DNA of 64,000 nucleotides from Bacteroidales bacterium (GTDB lineage: Bacteria > Bacteroidota > Bacteroidia > Bacteroidales > G3-4614), in NCBI GenBank assembly GCA_017935575.1, contig JAGBHI010000003.1:5869-69868 (forward strand). The letters run 5' to 3'. The notes beneath the pieces are model-generated. The model saw nothing but the letters and a program-made list of their open reading frames with translations, had not been told where the DNA came from and made no database searches. Of this stretch, positions 1 through 8,083 are shown one piece after another (the first letter of the stretch is position 1; every line of letters starts with the position of its first letter). The position numbers and the translations under genes were made by a program.

Positions 1-158
1 TTTCATTATATATTGTTTTTATTATATTTCTTTAGAGGTTACAAATTTCTAAAAATTTTATCAATTCGTATTGTTTGCTGTTCCTTTATAATTGTTCTTT
101 TTTACCTTTTATACTACATTTTAAATAAGAATACGTTTAATTTTTATTCAAATATACA

Positions 159-166
159 TATATTTG
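159..166 (+). promoter_or_regulatory. Putative Bacteroidota -7 promoter box (TATATTTG)
   Basis: Exact match to the TAnnTTTG consensus, 21 nt upstream of the ATG at 187. Confidence 0.4.
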
Positions 167-186
167 CATAATCACTGAGAGACACT

Positions 187-1116
187 ATGAAAAATTACAA
201 ACAATTTGAATATTTAAGTATGATGATGATTCCACGTGATAAGTGGACTCTATTTCATAACAACGAACTGTTCATATCGGATAATATTAATGATAACGAG
301 GGATATAGTAACATTCATGAACGACTAAAGAATTCATCGTTAATTATCACATCGCACCCCTTTAAAATAAAATTTTCAATTGCTATTTTATGTTTGGGCG
401 GAAGTATAGAGATTAGGTCAAACATGAGTGAATACAAGTTAACAAAAAATGACATAGTTATTATTCCTGCCGGCACAATTGGACAATACAATAATATATC
501 AGAGGATTGCAAGATTGTTATTGTTGCTTTTTCAATGGATTTTTTAAATACCAACCTTGGAACTCATAATACTTTACTAAATCATAATTTAATTTTTAAA
601 TTGCCTATTTTAACTCTTAACAACGAAGAGGCAAATGAGTTTATAAATATATATTCAAATATAAAGAAGTATATAAAAGAGAAAGACGATACTTATAAAA
701 ACGAAATAATATCAAATTATATTCAAATTTTTCAGTACTACTATTACCGTCTGTTAATTAAATATGAAAAGTTTGACAACAATGAAAACAAAAGCCGTAA
801 GAGCAGAATATTTGACCAATTTATGCAAATATTGGAAGAGCATCATAATAAAGAACGTCAAATTGGTTTTTATGCCGACAAATTATGTTTAACTCCAAAA
901 TATTTATCACAAGTTATTTATGAAGTTAGCGGACGCCATGCAAGTGAATGGATTAAAGATTTTGTTATTTTAGAGGCTAAAGCTCTATTGAAAAGCAAAC
1001 AATATACCGTTCAACAGGTTAGTGATATGTTGAACTTTGCCAACCAATCGTTTTTTGGTGTGTATTTTAAAAAAGCTGTTGGTTGCTCGCCTTTAACTTA
1101 TCAGAAAGAGGAATAA
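187..1116 (+). CDS. AraC family transcriptional regulator
   Basis: 309 aa. C-terminal AraC-type double HTH (LSQVIYEVSGRHASEWIKDFVILEAKALL ... FANQSFFGVYFKKAVGCSPLTYQ). The N-terminal half looks like a cupin-like sensor domain. Confidence 0.85.
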   Translation: MKNYKQFEYLSMMMIPRDKWTLFHNNELFISDNINDNEGYSNIHERLKNSSLIITSHPFKIKFSIAILCLGGSIEIRSNMSEYKLTKNDIVIIPAGTIGQYNNISEDCKIVIVAFSMDFLNTNLGTHNTLLNHNLIFKLPILTLNNEEANEFINIYSNIKKYIKEKDDTYKNEIISNYIQIFQYYYYRLLIKYEKFDNNENKSRKSRIFDQFMQILEEHHNKERQIGFYADKLCLTPKYLSQVIYEVSGRHASEWIKDFVILEAKALLKSKQYTVQQVSDMLNFANQSFFGVYFKKAVGCSPLTYQKEE

Positions 1117-1170
1117 ATTGAAATACTATTTAAATAATATTTAACAGCTCTGATTTTACTAAATTTTTTA

Positions 1171-1348
1171 TATATTTGAGGTAAACCTCGAATATAGTTT
1201 GTGCTCGCTGTAAAAAATATTGAAGTAAACTTCTTATTTCTTGCTCGCTTGTTGGTATATTTGAGGTAAACCTCGAATATAGTTTGCGCTCGCTGTAAAA
1301 AATATTGAAGTAAACTTCTTATTTCTTGCTCGCTTATTACTATATTTG
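1171..1348 (+). repeat. 85-bp tandem direct repeat x2 plus 8-bp start of a third copy, upstream of radA
   Basis: Copy 1 is 1171-1255 and copy 2 is 1256-1340, with 4 mismatches in 85. Each copy opens with TATATTTG, and the motif recurs at 1341-1348. Each unit carries two mini-hairpins, GAGG-TAAA-CCTC and GAAG-TAAA-CTTC, each followed by TGCTCGCT. Confidence 0.95.
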
Positions 1349-1370
1349 TAAAATAACTTTATTAAATAAG

Positions 1371-2741
1371 ATGGCTAAGAATAAGACTATATATGTTTGT
1401 TCGGTTTGTGGTGCCGACTCACCAAAATGGTTAGGTAAATGCCCCGCCTGTGGCGAGTGGAACACTTACGTTGAGGAGATTGTAAGCACTAAAACAACAA
1501 ACAACAAAATTGAATCTTTTGGAGATAATTCAAAAAAGATAAAACCTACACTTATTAATGAGATAAAGACAAGTGAAGAGGTTAGAATGGATATGGGCGA
1601 CAGCGAATTTAACCGTGTATTAGGGGGTGGTATCGTTGCAGGCTCAATGGTTCTTATAGGTGGCGAACCGGGTATAGGAAAATCGACTCTTATACTTCAA
1701 ACAATCTTACGTCTCAAAGGGGTAAAAACATTATATGTTTCGGGCGAAGAGAGTGCAAGACAACTTAAAATGCGCGCCGAACGTATTGGGTGCAACGATA
1801 GCGAATGCTATATTGTTTGCGACACTTCATTGGAAGGTATTTTTACTCATATTAAAAATGTTGAGCCTCAACTTCTTATTATTGACTCAATACAGACAAT
1901 TTCGACCGACACTTTAGAGTCGTCGGCTGGTAGTGTTGCTCAAGTTAGAGAGTGCGCTGCGGCTATTCTTAAATATGCAAAAGAGAGTAATATTCCTGTT
2001 ATTGTAATTGGGCATATTAATAAAGAGGGAAGTATTGCTGGTCCTAAAGTTTTGGAACATATTGTTGATGCCGTCCTTCAGTTTGAGGGAGACAGACACT
2101 ATATGTATCGCATTCTCCGCTCTATCAAAAACCGTTTTGGAAACACTTCGGAACTTGGCATTTATGAGATGCGACAAGATGGTTTGCGCTCGGTTGAAAA
2201 CCCTTCTGAACTTTTGTTATCTAAATCTCACGACGGCATGAGCGGTGTTGCAACTGCTGTTGCTATTGAGGGAGCAAGACCTTTTTTAATTGAGACACAA
2301 TCGCTTGTAAGCAGTGCCGTTTATGGTACTCCTCAACGCTCTGCCACAGGTTTTGATGCAAGGCGTATGAATATGTTACTTGCTGTTTTGGAGAAACGCG
2401 TTGGCTTTAAACTTGCTCAAAAAGATGTGTTCTTGAATATAGCAGGAGGGCTAAAGGTTAATGACCCCGCTATGGATTTAGCTGTTATCAGTGCTGTACT
2501 ATCTTCAAATATGGATATTGCCATTGATAGTGATGTTTGTATGACCGGAGAAGTTGGCCTTTCGGGCGAAATTCGTGCTGTAAACCGTATTGAGCAGAGA
2601 ATTTTGGAAGCTGACAAATTGGGCTTCAAAAAGATTATTATCCCTGCCGATAATCTTAAAGGGTTTGACAAAAGTAAACTTTCTATAAAAATAGTTGAGG
2701 TTAGAAAAGTTGAGGAGGCTTTCAGACAACTTTTCGGATAA
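1371..2741 (+). CDS. radA: DNA repair protein RadA/Sms
   Basis: N-terminal zinc ribbon (CSVCGADSPKWLGKCPACGEW), Walker A GGEPGIGKST, KNRFG motif (RSIKNRFG) and a Lon-like C-terminal domain. The ORF-track TTG start at 1326 lies inside the tandem repeat, so ATG 1371 (MAKNKTIYVC) is preferred. Confidence 0.95.
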   Translation: MAKNKTIYVCSVCGADSPKWLGKCPACGEWNTYVEEIVSTKTTNNKIESFGDNSKKIKPTLINEIKTSEEVRMDMGDSEFNRVLGGGIVAGSMVLIGGEPGIGKSTLILQTILRLKGVKTLYVSGEESARQLKMRAERIGCNDSECYIVCDTSLEGIFTHIKNVEPQLLIIDSIQTISTDTLESSAGSVAQVRECAAAILKYAKESNIPVIVIGHINKEGSIAGPKVLEHIVDAVLQFEGDRHYMYRILRSIKNRFGNTSELGIYEMRQDGLRSVENPSELLLSKSHDGMSGVATAVAIEGARPFLIETQSLVSSAVYGTPQRSATGFDARRMNMLLAVLEKRVGFKLAQKDVFLNIAGGLKVNDPAMDLAVISAVLSSNMDIAIDSDVCMTGEVGLSGEIRAVNRIEQRILEADKLGFKKIIIPADNLKGFDKSKLSIKIVEVRKVEEAFRQLFG

Positions 2742-2750
2742 TTTATATAT

Positions 2751-4301
2751 ATGGTTAGAGATATTGACATAAGGGTTATTCCAAAGGTTGCCGCTACTGA
2801 AAGCGAACTAAAATTGCATATTGAACGAGAAACAGGTATAAGTGCAAAAAAGATTGACACCATAAGAATTTTAAAACGCTCAATTGATGCAAGAAAACCT
2901 ACTATTTTTATAAATCTCAGAGTAAGAGTTTTTTGCGGAGAGAAACCTCAAGAGGAAGCTTTTGAGAGAAGAGAGTACCGAGATGTTTCAAACTGCAAAT
3001 GTGCCATTGTGGTTGGAGCAGGTCCTGCAGGATTATTTGCTTCGCTACGTCTTATTGAACTTGGTATAAGACCTATTATGCTTGAAAGAGGTAAAGATGT
3101 TCATGCAAGGCGTAAGGATATTGCTCTTATTAGCAGAGAGCATAAGGTAAATAATGAATCGAACTACTCGTTTGGAGAAGGTGGTGCAGGTGCTTACTCG
3201 GACGGTAAATTATATACCCGTAGTAAAAAAAGAGGCTCGGTTGAGAGAATTTTGAATATTCTTTGTCAATTTGGAGCATCAGAATCAATATTATATGATG
3301 CTCACCCTCATATTGGAACTGACAAGCTACCCAAAGTTATTGAGAACATACGAAATCAAATTATTGCTTCGGGCGGAGAGGTACATTTTGAAAAAAAGAT
3401 GACTCAACTTATAGTCAAAGGCAATAAAGTACATGGAGTAATATGCGAAGATGGTAGCGAGTTTTTAGGTGATGTTATTCTTGCGACAGGACACTCGGCA
3501 AGAGATGTTTACAGACACCTAAATAACAGCAATATTGAACTTGAAGCCAAGGGTTTTGCTGTTGGTGTAAGATTAGAGCACCCTCAACATCTGTTGGATT
3601 GTATTCAATATCATAGCAAAAAAGGCAGAGGAGAGTATCTGCCTGCTGCCGAATACTCGTTTGTAACTCAAGTTAAAGAGCGTGGCGTATATTCTTTTTG
3701 TATGTGCCCCGGAGGATTTGTCGTACCTGCAGCAAGTGGTGAAAATCAGATTGTTGTAAACGGCATGTCTCCTTCAAACCGAGGTTCAAAGTGGGGAAAC
3801 TCCGGCATGGTGGTTGAGATACGCCCCGAAGATTTAACAAAGGAAGGGTTTAATGGTATTTTGGCAGGTTTGGAGTTTCAAGAGAGGTTGGAAGCCACTT
3901 GCTTTGCTAATGGTAAAGGTCAAACAGCTCCTGCTCAAAGAATGGAAGATTTTGTTAGAGGCAGACTCTCTTCTTCCCTACCCTCTACTTCTTATACTCC
4001 GGGTGTTATATCTTCTCCTCTACACTTTTGGATGCCTGAATTTATTACCCAAAGGCTAAAAGGTGGGTTTGAGCAGTTTGGAAGAAAGGCTCACGGATTT
4101 TTAACCAACGAGGCTCTTATGATTGGTGTTGAAACAAGAACTTCATCTCCGGTGAGAATTCCCCGTAACTCTGAAAACTTACAACATATAAGGTTAGAAG
4201 GATTATATCCTTGTGGCGAGGGCGCAGGTTATGCCGGAGGTATCGTATCGGCAGCTATTGATGGCGAACGCTGTGCCGAAAACTTAGCAACTCATTTATA
4301 A
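2751..4301 (+). CDS. NAD(P)/FAD-dependent oxidoreductase (uncharacterised FAD-dependent dehydrogenase family)
   Basis: 516 aa. Dinucleotide-binding motif VVGAGPAGLF. The overall pattern resembles the conserved bacterial FAD-dependent protein family, recalled as COG2509-like. Confidence 0.7.
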   Translation: MVRDIDIRVIPKVAATESELKLHIERETGISAKKIDTIRILKRSIDARKPTIFINLRVRVFCGEKPQEEAFERREYRDVSNCKCAIVVGAGPAGLFASLRLIELGIRPIMLERGKDVHARRKDIALISREHKVNNESNYSFGEGGAGAYSDGKLYTRSKKRGSVERILNILCQFGASESILYDAHPHIGTDKLPKVIENIRNQIIASGGEVHFEKKMTQLIVKGNKVHGVICEDGSEFLGDVILATGHSARDVYRHLNNSNIELEAKGFAVGVRLEHPQHLLDCIQYHSKKGRGEYLPAAEYSFVTQVKERGVYSFCMCPGGFVVPAASGENQIVVNGMSPSNRGSKWGNSGMVVEIRPEDLTKEGFNGILAGLEFQERLEATCFANGKGQTAPAQRMEDFVRGRLSSSLPSTSYTPGVISSPLHFWMPEFITQRLKGGFEQFGRKAHGFLTNEALMIGVETRTSSPVRIPRNSENLQHIRLEGLYPCGEGAGYAGGIVSAAIDGERCAENLATHL

Positions 4302-4329
4302 AAAAACAACTTACAAAGAATTTAATATT

Positions 4330-5784
4330 ATGATAACTTTTTGTATTTCACTTGCACTACTTATTATAGCATATTTTACATACGGTAAACTTTGCGATAA
4401 AATATTTGGAGTTGACCCCGAAAGAAAAACTCCTGCAGTTGATCACCCCGATGGCGTTGACTATATTGTTATGCCAAAATGGAAAATATTTCTTATTCAA
4501 TTTTTAAACATTGCCGGATTAGGCCCTATTTTTGGAGCAATAATGGGAGCTAAGTTTGGTACTGCTTCATTTTTATGGATTGTAGTGGGGTGCATATTTG
4601 CAGGTGCCATGCACGACTACTTTGCAGGAATGATGTCGCTACGCCACAATGGTGAGGGATTACCCTCAACCGTTGGCAGATATTTGGGCAATAAGGCTCA
4701 AATTGGTATGAGAATTTTTACTCTATTACTGCTTATTATTGTTGGAGTGGTATTTGTTTCAGGGCCTGCTAATTTATTGGCAATGCTTACACCCGAAAAT
4801 CTTGATGCTACATTCTGGATTTATGTAATTTTTGCTTACTACATTATTGCAACACTATTCCCTATTGATAAGATAATTGGTAAAATATATCCTATTTTTG
4901 GTTTTGCTTTATTGTTTATGGCAATTGGTATTTTATGCTATCTTATTTTTACGTTCCCCGATATTCCTGAGATAACTGATGGCATTAAAAACATGCACCC
5001 TAAAGCCGAAAGCAACCCCATATATCCTATGATGTTTGTTAGTATTGCTTGTGGTGCTATTTCGGGATTTCACGCAACCCAATCTCCCATGATGGCTCGT
5101 TGTATGAGTAACGAAAAGCAGGGACGTCCTATATTTTTTGGAGCTATGATTACCGAGGGTATTGTTGCTCTTATATGGGCAGCAGCGGCAACATATTTCT
5201 TCTCGCCCGAAGGGCAGGAATTTTTTGGAATTACTGATGCTAAAGTAAATTCTGATGCCGCTTCAATTGTTCATATAATATCATACAAATGGCTTGGTGT
5301 TATTGGCGGATTTTTAGCAATATTGGGAGTAATAGCTGCTCCTGTATCAACAGGAGACACTGCTTTCCGCTCTGCCCGACTTATTGTTGCAGACTTCCTT
5401 AACATGGAACAAAAGAGTATAAAAAAGAGATTGTATATCTCTGTCCCTATGTTTGTTATTGCCATTGCAGTTTTGATTTTCAGCCTTGCATACGAAGATG
5501 GGTTTGAGATTATATGGCGATATTTTGCTTGGAGTAATCAGGTATTGGCAGTTATTACACTTTGGGCTATAACAATGTTCTTAAAGACAAAACGTAATGG
5601 CTGGTGGTGGCTAATCTCGTTTATTCCTGCAATATTTATGACAAGTATGACAACTACGTTTATACTATATGCTAAAATAGGAGTTGGATTGAGTTACAAC
5701 ATTGCTGTTATTTTAGGTATATTATTTACGCTATTCTGTAGCATTTGGTTTGTTGTTAAGAGCAATAAAAGGATAGAGAGTTAA
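4330..5784 (+). CDS. cstA: Carbon starvation protein CstA family transporter
   Basis: 484 aa polytopic membrane protein. The N-terminus (YFTYGKL..., NIAGLGPIFGAIMGA, HDYFAGMMSLRHNGE) is typical of the CstA family. Confidence 0.85.
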   Translation: MITFCISLALLIIAYFTYGKLCDKIFGVDPERKTPAVDHPDGVDYIVMPKWKIFLIQFLNIAGLGPIFGAIMGAKFGTASFLWIVVGCIFAGAMHDYFAGMMSLRHNGEGLPSTVGRYLGNKAQIGMRIFTLLLLIIVGVVFVSGPANLLAMLTPENLDATFWIYVIFAYYIIATLFPIDKIIGKIYPIFGFALLFMAIGILCYLIFTFPDIPEITDGIKNMHPKAESNPIYPMMFVSIACGAISGFHATQSPMMARCMSNEKQGRPIFFGAMITEGIVALIWAAAATYFFSPEGQEFFGITDAKVNSDAASIVHIISYKWLGVIGGFLAILGVIAAPVSTGDTAFRSARLIVADFLNMEQKSIKKRLYISVPMFVIAIAVLIFSLAYEDGFEIIWRYFAWSNQVLAVITLWAITMFLKTKRNGWWWLISFIPAIFMTSMTTTFILYAKIGVGLSYNIAVILGILFTLFCSIWFVVKSNKRIES

Positions 5785-5822
5785 CGAGCTATTTAAACAA
5801 GACTACTAACACAAGTATAGAT

Positions 5823-5853
5823 AAAGAGCGGAAAGGTGAACTTTTCGCTCTTT
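5823..5853 (+). terminator. Intrinsic terminator hairpin after cstA (copy 1 of a duplicated hairpin)
   Basis: 13-bp stem AAAGAGCGGAAAG / CTTTTCGCTCTTT with one G-U pair and a 5-nt loop, followed by a T-rich tract. Nearly identical to the hairpin at 7923-7954. Confidence 0.75.
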
Positions 5854-5966
5854 TATGGTTTTTATCTTTTTTAACAATAATATTAATATTTAATATAATT
5901 GTTTTGTAATATTAATAATCGTTGCTAAATTGCAAAAAAAATAAAATAACCAAAAAGGAGGTGAGT

Positions 5967-6646
5967 ATGAAAAAGATTTTTATCTTATTAGCAATGCTAA
6001 TATCTCTTGGATTAACATCTGAGATAAAAGTAATTCTTTAGAAATATTATTTGCAAAGTGGAATATAGAGTCTAAAAAGATGTCCTATATTTCTAATCCT
6101 GATTTCTTTAGGGGGTTAGATGTGTATAAGAAAATCATCTTGGAATTAAATCAATTAGAAAATCCTATTATCTATCTATTTAATAAGTATAAGTCCGAAA
6201 CTCCATTGATTGAATTATTTATATCGGATGTTGTCAACAGAGGCAACTTTGATATAAAGAAATTATGGGAAGAAGCATTTATTGATGAGGACAACACCAT
6301 AGTGTCTACTAAATCAAAAATAAATTTGTTTTATAAGAAAATTTTACAATTAGAAACCCCGAATAATACTACTATAGCTGACATTGAAAGTAAAGTAAGC
6401 AACACAGATGATTTCAGTGTTACAACATCAAGTAATGCTATAACAATAAATATTGGGATAGAAGAAACATCTGCTTATAGTGTAAAAGTAGTGAATCTAA
6501 GAAATTATTGTGTTCAAACAATTGTTCCCGAAATAAAAGTACAAGCAGGAGAATATGAACATACAATAAATGTGCCAAATGGTAATTATGTTGTGGTATA
6601 CTATTTAAATGGTAATATAAATGCTAAGAAAGTTATTGTAAAATAA
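5967..6646 (+). pseudogene. T9SS C-terminal-sorting-domain protein, frameshifted between signal peptide and body
   Basis: ATG 5967 opens a 24-codon Sec-type signal peptide (MKKIFILLAMLISLGLTSEIKVIL) that stops at TAG 6039-6041. The other frame is open from 6023 and runs through ORF 6080..6646. That ORF's C-terminus (VKVVNLRNYCVQTIV...GNYVVVYYLNGNINAKKVIVK) looks like a type-A T9SS CTD. A 1-nt indel within 6023-6041 (A4 run at 6026-6029) would fuse the two frames. Confidence 0.55.
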
Positions 6647-6665
6647 TTTGTAAAAATCAAATATT

Positions 6666-7895
6666 ATGAAACACTTATATTATATATCAATAATATTTTT
6701 GTTTATTCAATTATTCATTAAGATAGAAGTTAAGGCGATAAACAATATTGTTTGCTCGATTGATACTTGTGCTTCATCAAGAATTACGAATTCGGGAGAT
6801 TCGCTTATTATTGCAACCTCTAACACAATTGTAAGTTTTAATAAAAATGAATATAGCGTAAAAACAGCAAGGTGGTACTCAGAAAATAATCTTTTAATTT
6901 CTCCTCCCTTATCAACAACAATAGATGAAGAAGGTAAGATTTGGTATTCTGATATGTATTCTTTGTACTGTGTAGATCAAGAAAGTTGTAGTACAGATGT
7001 TTATCCTTTTGATAATATATTGTTTTACTCATATTCTATTCAAAACTCATCAAATGGAGATATATGGATTGGAGGAGCAAGAAATTTTTATATTAGAAAA
7101 TCAAATGGAGAGATAAAGATACTGACAAATCCTTTTGACGAACTTAATACTATAAGTGTAATGTCAAATATTGAGGAGGATAGTGAGGGAAATATGTGGA
7201 CGGCAATTACCTCTTATGGGGCATTCAATGGCTATAATATTGTATATTATGATAAATTATATAATCATACAGTTGTCAGCACAAAAGATAATGATCAAGT
7301 TCATACCATGCAAATAGATAAGAATGATAATATTTGGTTTGCTTCTTCAGAAGGAATATCTTGTATAAATAAAGACAAAAGCAAGAAAGTATATTCTTTC
7401 AATGATAACCCTAAGTTTGGGAATGATTTTTATGTAGCGTCAAGTAAAGATAATGCAGGGAATATATGGTTTTCTTCATCATCAACATTAATAAAATATA
7501 ATGGAACGGAATTTATTTCTTATACATCTCCTAATTATAGCGATGCTTGCTCTATTCTTTGTGATGGAGATATTGTTTGGGTATTGCTAAAGAACGATAA
7601 GTTGTTGAAGTTCCAAAACAATGAATTTGAAACAATCGATTTATCTCCTGCCGTAACAGGTATCGAAGAGAGTAAAGCAGAGGAGAGCAACACCAAAGCA
7701 TACGTTTCAAATGGAGTGTTATATATTGAGAATGATGAAGGTATTAACTCTGTTGAGGTTTATGAAGCAACAGGTAGGGTTATAACTTCAGGTAGTTACA
7801 ATAGCAATTCAATTCAAATACAACTGCCGGCAACCATTAATGGTGTAATATTGGTAAAAGTTAATTCTGAGGTTGTAAAAACTATTGTTGAATAA
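6666..7895 (+). CDS. T9SS C-terminal target domain protein with two-component-regulator-propeller-like repeats
   Basis: 409 aa with a signal peptide. Recurrent G(N/D)IW(F/I/T) blades (GKIWYSD, GDIWIGG, GNMWTA, DNIWFAS, GNIWFSS). C-terminal beta-sandwich tail (VEVYEATGRVITSG...GVILVKVNSEVVKTIVE) typical of Por_Secre_tail. Confidence 0.75.
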   Translation: MKHLYYISIIFLFIQLFIKIEVKAINNIVCSIDTCASSRITNSGDSLIIATSNTIVSFNKNEYSVKTARWYSENNLLISPPLSTTIDEEGKIWYSDMYSLYCVDQESCSTDVYPFDNILFYSYSIQNSSNGDIWIGGARNFYIRKSNGEIKILTNPFDELNTISVMSNIEEDSEGNMWTAITSYGAFNGYNIVYYDKLYNHTVVSTKDNDQVHTMQIDKNDNIWFASSEGISCINKDKSKKVYSFNDNPKFGNDFYVASSKDNAGNIWFSSSSTLIKYNGTEFISYTSPNYSDACSILCDGDIVWVLLKNDKLLKFQNNEFETIDLSPAVTGIEESKAEESNTKAYVSNGVLYIENDEGINSVEVYEATGRVITSGSYNSNSIQIQLPATINGVILVKVNSEVVKTIVE

Positions 7896-7922
7896 AAAAT
7901 AAATCATACATCTGTAAATCAT

Positions 7923-7954
7923 AAAGGGCGGAAAGTGGAAACTTTTCGCTCTTT
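7923..7954 (+). terminator. Intrinsic terminator hairpin (copy 2 of the duplicated hairpin)
   Basis: Stem AAAGGGCGGAAAG / CTTTTCGCTCTTT with a 6-nt loop. The 7921-7957 segment is nearly identical to 5821-5856. Confidence 0.75.
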
Positions 7955-8048
7955 TAGCATAAAAACCAAGATGCTGTTTAAAATTTAAAATTTAAACAAC
8001 TTCTGAAAAGTAACATATATTTCTCTTGCATTTACCGCTGAATTTAAG

Positions 8049-8056
8049 TATTTTTG
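8049..8056 (+). promoter_or_regulatory. Putative -7 promoter box (TATTTTTG) for ileS
   Basis: Exact TAnnTTTG, 28 nt upstream of ATG 8084. The ORF-track TTG start at 8054 is the TTG of this box. Confidence 0.45.
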
Positions 8057-8083
8057 CACCCTAATAATTATAATAGTGATATT

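Noticed and set aside
1-6. TTTCAT at the window edge as the start of a minus-strand gene running off the left end
   Set aside because: Only two codons are visible, so it cannot be supported.
1171-1348. Possible CRISPR array or minisatellite
   Set aside because: There are only two contiguous copies with no unique spacers between them, and no cas genes in the window. It is a plain tandem duplication and is reported as a repeat and promoter-region finding instead.
7986-8004. 19-nt exact repeat TAAAATTTAAACAACTTCT, also present at 55193-55211 and in both cases upstream of a -7 box
   Set aside because: Spacing to the -7 box differs greatly, at about 45 nt versus about 13 nt. The sequence is low-complexity A/T and there are only two copies. 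This is insufficient to call a regulatory site, though it is worth a genome-wide count.
8054-8083. TTG-initiated N-terminal extensions proposed by the ORF track for ileS (8054), for the Cys/His-rich protein (55229) and for radA (1326)
   Set aside because: At 8054 and 55229 the TTG is the last three bases of an exact TAnnTTTG promoter box. At 1326 it lies inside the 85-bp repeat. Downstream ATGs give canonical N-termini (MQKKFAEY, MRHLCY... signal-like, MAKNKTIYVC).
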